From the IMG/VR virus record IMGVR_UViG_3300001346_000011, positions 1 through 64,000 of that record: a stretch of 64,000 bases of DNA, one strand, 5' to 3'. Both the position numbers and the translations under genes were made by a program. The first letter of the stretch is position 1; each line of letters opens with the position of its first letter. Positions 58,838 to 64,000 of this stretch are shown piece after piece. Origin of the DNA: an uncultured virus (IMG/VR IMGVR_UViG_3300001346_000011). Its lineage: Duplodnaviria; Heunggongvirae; Uroviricota; Caudoviricetes; Kyanoviridae. The notes under the pieces were generated by a model. It did not search any database. It had not been told where the DNA came from and saw only the letters and a program-made list of their open reading frames with translations.

Positions 58838-58857
58838 AGGGAGTGTTGCCACTCCCT
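58838..58857 (-). other. Perfect GNRA-loop hairpin between genes
   Basis: Minus strand AGGGAGTG-GCAA-CACTCCCT; no U tract follows. Confidence 0.7.
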
Positions 58858-58872
58858 AAACTGTATTTTATA

Positions 58873-59331
58873 TTATGCGTCGTCTGTGAAGTCGTCGTCA
58901 TCTGTGTTAGCAACGTCGTCATCACCCGCTTCTTCAACTTTAACTTTTCCAGAACTAGCCGTCGCAAAATCCCATGCAAGTTTTGTTCCATCTAATGCAT
59001 TTGATCCTGTTGCACTTGGTTGTGCTACTGTTAAAGTACGTCCTGAAATTTTACTTACACCGTAAGTTTCATTGTCAGAACCTTGTACTGAAATTGTCAT
59101 TTCACCTGCAACTAAAGCCGCTGGTAATTTGCCAGTTGTTAACGTACAAGTAACCTCAGTATCTGTGGCACCTGTTTCAGCAACAACAAACTTTTTAGTT
59201 CCTTTTTGTCTGACAATAGTACCTTCTACAACACTTGATCCATTGTGAAAGTTAACTTTGATTTCATTTGCACCAGCAGTTGCACCGCCAGCCGCTGTTG
59301 TAAACAGTCTTTTATTAAGTGGTCGTCCCAT
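58873..59331 (-). CDS. Probable virion protein (152 aa, MGRPLNKR...)
   Basis: Late promoter and strong AAGGAG RBS; A/T/G-rich composition. Confidence 0.8.
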   Translation of the reverse strand: MGRPLNKRLFTTAAGGATAGANEIKVNFHNGSSVVEGTIVRQKGTKKFVVAETGATDTEVTCTLTTGKLPAALVAGEMTISVQGSDNETYGVSKISGRTLTVAQPSATGSNALDGTKLAWDFATASSGKVKVEEAGDDDVANTDDDDFTDDA

Positions 59332-59351
59332 TTGTTTTCTCCTTTTTTAGA

Positions 59352-59431
59352 AGTCCAATCCGGGTTCTAGCCGGTACGCAGTGGGTTAATACTGCATAAG
59401 ACTTTGACACTAGTCAAAGTGCGTTTGAACT
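59352..59431 (-). ncRNA. Candidate cloverleaf (four-way junction) 5' leader RNA
   Basis: P1 AGTTCAA/TTGGACT, P2 ACTTTGAC/GTCAAAGT, P3 TATGCAGT/ACTGCGTA, P4 CCGG-CTAGAAC-CCGG; lies between late promoter (59437-59443) and RBS. Confidence 0.7.
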
Positions 59432-59439
59432 AAAGGTAT

Positions 59440-59712
59440 TTATCGTTTGCTGAGTGATGCTATCAGTTCAACTTTTGAGAATTTTTTTGCTAAATTTATG
59501 GCTTCCACAAGCACAGCATTGGCTTGTTCTAGATAGTGATCTCGCTTGGTTCTGCGATAATCTATCAATATTGTGGTGTATTCGTCATACATTTTGTTCA
59601 GTGTGTTTTCTAATTTTTTAATGTCTTTGATGAACATGCCATGATTTTTCTTCCAAACCTGCAGTCTGTCCATGTACTCTCTGAATTCTAATAATATCTG
59701 TTCGTGTTCCAT
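59440..59712 (-). CDS. Hypothetical helical protein (90 aa)
   Basis: Intact ORF 1 nt downstream of the hemB-like stop. Confidence 0.7.
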   Translation of the reverse strand: MEHEQILLEFREYMDRLQVWKKNHGMFIKDIKKLENTLNKMYDEYTTILIDYRRTKRDHYLEQANAVLVEAINLAKKFSKVELIASLSKR

Positions 59713-59713
59713 A

Positions 59714-60514
59714 TTAAATTTTTCCCATTATATCTCTTGCTCCATATGTGACTAAAAATTTAGCACCTGCTTTGTGATACACTTTAGCAATTTCAATTTG
59801 ATGTTCTATGGTTGGCAATCCTTTGTATTCATCAGACACTTGATACACACCAACAGGAATATATGATCCTGCATTTATCAAACCTAATTCACTCAAACTG
59901 TGTTGTGCTGGTTTAAGCAGGAGATAATCTGCCTTTTGAGTTTTAAATTTATTTGCTGTGGCAATCATTTCTGAATCACCATTGATGGGCAATTGGTATA
60001 TTCTTTCAGTGGTTGGTGTACTGTCTGCAAGATCTCTAAATGAACTGTAAAACACACTTCTATATTTCACATATGCCATCACTTCACGATTGGTTTCAGA
60101 TTTTAAATTATGCACTGTGTTGTCTCCCATGTCCGATGGAGCCAATATGTCTGCACCTGCTGATTCTAATTTCTTACCCAAATCAATCAACAATGCTTCA
60201 CTGGTGTCTGGTTTATCCATTACTCTACAATGTCCATCTGGCAAAGTAGAACACAAACATACATCTACAATTAATTGTATTTTAGGAAATTTTGTTTTTA
60301 TTTGATTTACAATTCTTTGATTAAAACTCCAATCAGGAGTCCAAGTTTTATATTGTGGTGTGATAAACAACAAGAAACTGTCAACACCTTTGTCTACATC
60401 TTGTTGTATCTGATCGTTAATTAAGATTTCGGAAAAACTACTATTGTGGACGCCTAATCCAGCCGTTTCTGTTCTGCCTTTTTCGTTGACAAACAATGGC
60501 TGGATTAAGTCCAT
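59714..60514 (-). CDS. hemB: Porphobilinogen synthase (ALA dehydratase)-like protein, shortened (266 aa)
   Basis: DLIQPLFV, DVCLC.....GHC (Zn), GADILAPSDM, KY.S.FY..FRD, YQ, LLKPA, YQVS.EY, GA....TY.A; start at 60514. Confidence 0.88.
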   Translation of the reverse strand: MDLIQPLFVNEKGRTETAGLGVHNSSFSEILINDQIQQDVDKGVDSFLLFITPQYKTWTPDWSFNQRIVNQIKTKFPKIQLIVDVCLCSTLPDGHCRVMDKPDTSEALLIDLGKKLESAGADILAPSDMGDNTVHNLKSETNREVMAYVKYRSVFYSSFRDLADSTPTTERIYQLPINGDSEMIATANKFKTQKADYLLLKPAQHSLSELGLINAGSYIPVGVYQVSDEYKGLPTIEHQIEIAKVYHKAGAKFLVTYGARDIMGKI

Positions 60515-60518
60515 ATGA

Positions 60519-60722
60519 TTACTTCTCTTCTTTTTTAGGAAGTGCCGCACACTGTTCTTCGTCTGCTGGCAGACCAGTGTTTTTATCATAGATCCAAACA
60601 TACGAATAAGTGATGTTGTCATCAGTCATTGAACATTTTTTTCCAAATGATACTCTTGGTTCTTTAATAGAACAAGCCGACACTGTGAAGAAAGTTAATA
60701 TTAATATTGCAATACTTTTCAT
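60519..60722 (-). CDS. Small lipoprotein (67 aa)
   Basis: MKSIAILILTFFTVSAC: signal peptide with lipobox; two further Cys; AAGGA RBS. Confidence 0.75.
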   Translation of the reverse strand: MKSIAILILTFFTVSACSIKEPRVSFGKKCSMTDDNITYSYVWIYDKNTGLPADEEQCAALPKKEEK

Positions 60723-60750
60723 TGTAGTCCTTGTTAGTGTTTCCTCATTA

Positions 60751-60779
60751 ATTATACAACATTTTGGTATAAAAGTCAA
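60751..60779 (-). promoter_or_regulatory. Near-consensus sigma70 promoter
   Basis: TTGACT-17 nt-TATAAT on the minus strand. Confidence 0.85.
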
Positions 60780-60798
60780 GTCTTGAACAAAAAGTCAA

Positions 60799-60825
60799 TA
60801 AAAAAGGGGGCCGAAGCCCCCTTTA
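60799..60825 (-). terminator. Rho-independent terminator after the major capsid gene
   Basis: AAAGGGGGC-TTCG-GCCCCCTTTTTT (C-UUCG-G loop). Confidence 0.92.
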
Positions 60826-60847
60826 ATGTGTAAGTTGTTACTGTTGA

Positions 60848-62020
60848 TTATGCAAACGAAATGTTTGACATAGCAACCTCACCAACATAGTCCCCAGCAT
60901 TTCCTAGTGAAGATGCTGTGTTGTTTAACTCTACATAACCATATCTAGTCATGAAAGAAACAACTGGTTCAAAAGTTGATGGGTCAAGTACAACACCGCT
61001 AGACATTAACGGAATGTATGGGCAATAGAACGCCGCCGCATCTGCTTCAGATGAGCCTTTGTATCCTACCAATACAGCCGAATCGTCTGCCGCATATGTG
61101 TCAACATAGATTTTCATCGCACTGTTTAAAGTTCCAACCATTTTTTGGTTAGTTGGTGCTTCAAAAGAACCTTCAGTTGTTCTTGCGAACGCTGAAGTTG
61201 TTGCAGATTGAAGTACAGTTAAAGCCTGTGGTGATACCACAGCCCAGTTACCTGCACCACGTCTTGTTCTTTGTGCAATTTTATTAGCAGTTCTGTTGAT
61301 TAAAACAGCCAAAGCCGCGTGTTCATCACCTACGAATGTTGCCGTACCTGATACTGCCGCTTGGTTGAATGTTTCTTCAGTTGCCGCTAAAGTTCTTAAC
61401 GAGTTGATGACTTCTTGGTCGATTTCAGCAGTAATTTCTTGTGCTAATGCCGCCATGATTTCAGCCTCTACGTCAATACCTTGTTGAGCTTGAGCGTCTT
61501 GAGCAGATTCAAATGTCCATCTTGCTTGTAACTTTCTGCTTTTTGCTTCAACAGTTTGTTTCAAGATTTGAATTGACATTGCTTTACCACCAGTACCTTC
61601 TTTAGTGGCTGTTGCGTCTGCATTACCATCTGGATCTGCTACATCGTTACCTGAATAACCTTGTGCAATTGCAAATGGTGATAATGCTTCAGCCCCTGCC
61701 GCTAGTCCGCCGCCTGATGTTGCCGCTTCTGCATATCTTACTCTTAGTGTGTGGATTTGTCCAACTGGGCCAGTCATCGGTTGTACTCCAACCAATTCGT
61801 TAGCAATTACAGTAGGCATAACCCTTCTTATCACAGGTAGGATCACTCTGTTTAAAGTTGCAACGTTACCGGCAGATGTAGCACCTGCTGTTGCTGACTC
61901 TGAAAGATACTGTTTAGTATTTTCTAAAGTAGCCGCCATAACTGCTTTTTTATTTCCAGTTAGACCTTCTAATAACGCACTCTTTGTGTCCTGCCAGCGA
62001 GTTTCTGTTAGTTCTGACAT
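60848..62020 (-). CDS. gp23: Major capsid protein (T4 gp23-like, 390 aa)
   Basis: LPVIRRVMP..IA...VGVQPMTGP.GQI..LR, VEAKSRKL.ARWT.E.AQD, EI..EID.E, FYCPYIPL, F.P...FMTRYG; start MSELTE at 62020 with AAGGAG. Confidence 0.96.
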   Translation of the reverse strand: MSELTETRWQDTKSALLEGLTGNKKAVMAATLENTKQYLSESATAGATSAGNVATLNRVILPVIRRVMPTVIANELVGVQPMTGPVGQIHTLRVRYAEAATSGGGLAAGAEALSPFAIAQGYSGNDVADPDGNADATATKEGTGGKAMSIQILKQTVEAKSRKLQARWTFESAQDAQAQQGIDVEAEIMAALAQEITAEIDQEVINSLRTLAATEETFNQAAVSGTATFVGDEHAALAVLINRTANKIAQRTRRGAGNWAVVSPQALTVLQSATTSAFARTTEGSFEAPTNQKMVGTLNSAMKIYVDTYAADDSAVLVGYKGSSEADAAAFYCPYIPLMSSGVVLDPSTFEPVVSFMTRYGYVELNNTASSLGNAGDYVGEVAMSNISFA

Positions 62021-62039
62021 TGTGTTTTTCTCCTTTTTT

Positions 62040-63128
62040 TTATATCCCAGCAAGTCTTCTAATATCAACGATGTTGCTATTGAATTGATTGCTGTTTACA
62101 ATGTTAATTTGTTTATCGCCTGTTACTTCTGTGCCTTCATTTATAGCCTGTTTTTTCGCTGGAGTCCTACCGTTTAGAACAGATGGTATGTACTTTTCGA
62201 ATTGCTTTCGTAAAGCACCCGTCTGCACACTCTCCAGTAGATTGTTCATTATTTCTTTTTGTTCTGTGTTCAATGGTTGTGTTAACTCATTGATCACTTC
62301 ACTTCTCTCTGCCGCTTCTTTAATTGTAGCAATTTCTTGTTCTTTTGCTTCAATTACTTTTTGCTTCTCATTGACAGTCTTCATCGCTTCTTCTGCCTGT
62401 AGTTTCGAAATGTCCACTACTTTTAGAAGTTTTGCTGTTTCACCTTTTTCGTTCAAGAATGATTGTGAAAATTCTTGTTGATAAGATTCGAACAGTCTGC
62501 GACCAAAGTCGTTTTTGCGAGCCGCTTCAATGTCTTCTTTTAATGAACTAATCTCTTGTTTAAGAGTTTTGCCCACTACTTCTGACACTTTTTCAGCACC
62601 TTTTTTCACAAAGTTACTTCTAACTTTTTCAAAATGTGCTTTCGCTTCTCTGATAAGACGTACTTTTGTTTCAGCAACGTCTTGTTTGTCTTTTTGAAAT
62701 TCTGAAATTTCTTTAGACAGAGCTTCTACCACGAAGTCCTCAAGTTTAACAAAATTTTCTGCCATAACTTTTTGGTCTGAGTGTAGTTCAGCAACTTCGC
62801 CTTTAAGTTGATCAAAAACAAATGCTTTTAACTTTTCAGTGTGTTCACCGATTTGAGTAGCATACTTAACTTTTTCTTCTGCAAGTTGCTTCTTGTCTTC
62901 TGCGAACTCTGCCATTTCTGCTTCGATTCTTTCAGATACCATTTTATCAACAGCCTCTGTCAAACTTGCTTTGTCGTGTTCATACTTCTCTGCAAATTCT
63001 TTACGAAGATCAGCAGTGGCAGAAAGTTTGTTTTCTTCAACCTTCTGGTTCCATGCGGATTCTATTTCTGCTCTGATCTCTTCCGAAATTCCGTTATTTT
63101 CAAAAAGTGATTTCAGTGCTTCTAACAT
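62040..63128 (-). CDS. gp22: Prohead core scaffolding protein
   Basis: Coiled-coil, E/K-rich; position between protease and capsid. Confidence 0.8.
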   Translation of the reverse strand: MLEALKSLFENNGISEEIRAEIESAWNQKVEENKLSATADLRKEFAEKYEHDKASLTEAVDKMVSERIEAEMAEFAEDKKQLAEEKVKYATQIGEHTEKLKAFVFDQLKGEVAELHSDQKVMAENFVKLEDFVVEALSKEISEFQKDKQDVAETKVRLIREAKAHFEKVRSNFVKKGAEKVSEVVGKTLKQEISSLKEDIEAARKNDFGRRLFESYQQEFSQSFLNEKGETAKLLKVVDISKLQAEEAMKTVNEKQKVIEAKEQEIATIKEAAERSEVINELTQPLNTEQKEIMNNLLESVQTGALRKQFEKYIPSVLNGRTPAKKQAINEGTEVTGDKQINIVNSNQFNSNIVDIRRLAGI

Positions 63129-63137
63129 TCTTTTCTC

Positions 63138-63761
63138 CTATTTAGATTGGAGTTTTCCAATTATGTTTATTAGTTGTTCTTTTAGATATTTTTGTGCCTT
63201 TGTGTCCCTTGCTGAGTTAAATGCTTTTAAACCACCTTTTGTATTCATTAGATGCTCGTATATTGGCTCAGGATATGCTCCTGGCGCCGATGGTTGTGCA
63301 ACGATATCTACTGTGATGATTTCAAAATCTGATACTTTACCGGATCCGTCTTCTTTAACATTACCAGAACCCCTGGATGAAACTCCTAATTTAACTCCGC
63401 TGTTAAGCATTGTTTCAACTAGTTGTCCCATCGGGGTTGGTAATACTTTTAATTTTCCGTATCCGTTTGGTCCGTCCATCCACATTTCATTTACCATGTG
63501 GCTGACACGGTCTAGGTTAATATTAAGTCCTTCTGGATGATCCACTTCGCCCAACACCGAGTATCCACCAGTGATTTGATCGTTAAGTGTGCTGACAGCC
63601 CTCTGGATTTCGTTAACAGGATACACTCTCTGGTTGGCGTTTTTAACACCTCCCTGAATGCAGATTCCCTTCATGTAAAGGGATTTACCGTTGTGTTCGT
63701 CCTTAGTCTCAACGACTATTCCCGCCTGGTCAAAAGTCAGCGTCTCACGTAATGATAACAT
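63138..63761 (-). CDS. gp21: Prohead protease
   Basis: N.N.RVYP, LGEVDHP, INLDRVSH, TPMG, LGVSSRG.G, DIVAQPSAP.AY. Confidence 0.95.
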   Translation of the reverse strand: MLSLRETLTFDQAGIVVETKDEHNGKSLYMKGICIQGGVKNANQRVYPVNEIQRAVSTLNDQITGGYSVLGEVDHPEGLNINLDRVSHMVNEMWMDGPNGYGKLKVLPTPMGQLVETMLNSGVKLGVSSRGSGNVKEDGSGKVSDFEIITVDIVAQPSAPGAYPEPIYEHLMNTKGGLKAFNSARDTKAQKYLKEQLINIIGKLQSK

Positions 63762-63783
63762 CCGTTTTCCTTATATTACCTTA

Positions 63784-63999
63784 TTAACTGCCAATTGTTG
63801 ACTTTGCAGAAGAATCATCTTCTGTGCTAGTCTTGGCCTTTGGTGCCGCAACAGGTTTCGCTTTAGCGCCTGGTACATTAACGTTACCTGCGTTGTCTTC
63901 TTTTGGAGCAGGTGCTTTACTACCTGTTTCCTCACCGCCTTTAGCGATGTTAGAAGCCGTTCCGCCCATATCGTTTTTGCCAGCAACTGGTGATTTAGA
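63784..63999 (-). CDS. C-terminal part of a low-complexity protein upstream of the protease (prohead core-like), truncated by window
   Basis: Frame stays open to the window end: SKSPVAGKNDMGGTASNIAKGG...KSTIGS. Confidence 0.6.
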   Translation of the reverse strand, partial: SKSPVAGKNDMGGTASNIAKGGEETGSKAPAPKEDNAGNVNVPGAKAKPVAAPKAKTSTEDDSSAKSTIGS

Positions 64000-64000
64000 G

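Noticed and set aside
59352..59431. Cloverleaf as a bona fide tRNA gene
   Set aside because: No D-loop GG, no TTCG T-loop, 8-bp arms, an 8-nt central loop and no CCA; kept as an unknown structured RNA.
60515..62068. Longer upstream starts given by the ORF track for hemB, the lipoprotein and capsid (also gp13, gp14, Nudix, hldD, methyltransferase)
   Set aside because: The extensions overlap neighbouring genes or promoters; downstream ATGs fit the RBS or late-promoter context better.
377..63752. Numerous 60-215 aa ORFs antisense to, or in alternate frames of, the long genes
   Set aside because: They overlap well-supported genes, lack RBS/promoter context and recognisable motifs, and are expected shadows of biased codon usage.
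1..64000. Stop-codon reassignment, introns or inteins
   Set aside because: Core genes are full length in the standard code and use TAA, TAG and TGA as stops; no intein or intron signatures were seen.

Overview
64 kb of the virion-morphogenesis region of a large, AT-rich T4-like myophage. The three N bases suggest an environmental assembly. Most genes lie on the minus strand. From right to left: prohead core, protease, scaffold and major capsid; a sigma70-promoted cassette (lipoprotein, HemB-like enzyme, small ORF); about 40 kb of large modular tail/baseplate/fibre proteins and small paralogous structural genes; three very Cys-rich, Gly-rich paralogues with two chaperone-like paralogues; two GT9 (heptosyltransferase)-like genes flanking a carbamoyltransferase; then a 2344-aa fibre, a hidden 40-aa metallothionein-like ORF and a methyltransferase. 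A plus-strand late operon couples neck/tail-terminator genes to ADP-heptose enzymes (hldE, hldD). The left end holds gp13, dNMP kinase, sheath, tube, head completion and terminase genes. The strongest leads are a late-expressed heptose/carbamoyl glycosylation system probably acting on the virion, phycobiliprotein-like C-x-R-D helices in fibres of a phage that also carries HemB, two highly structured late 5' leaders (one an 80-nt cloverleaf), several metal-binding virion modules, and many apparently leaderless late genes. All family assignments come from motif recognition by eye; no searches were run.
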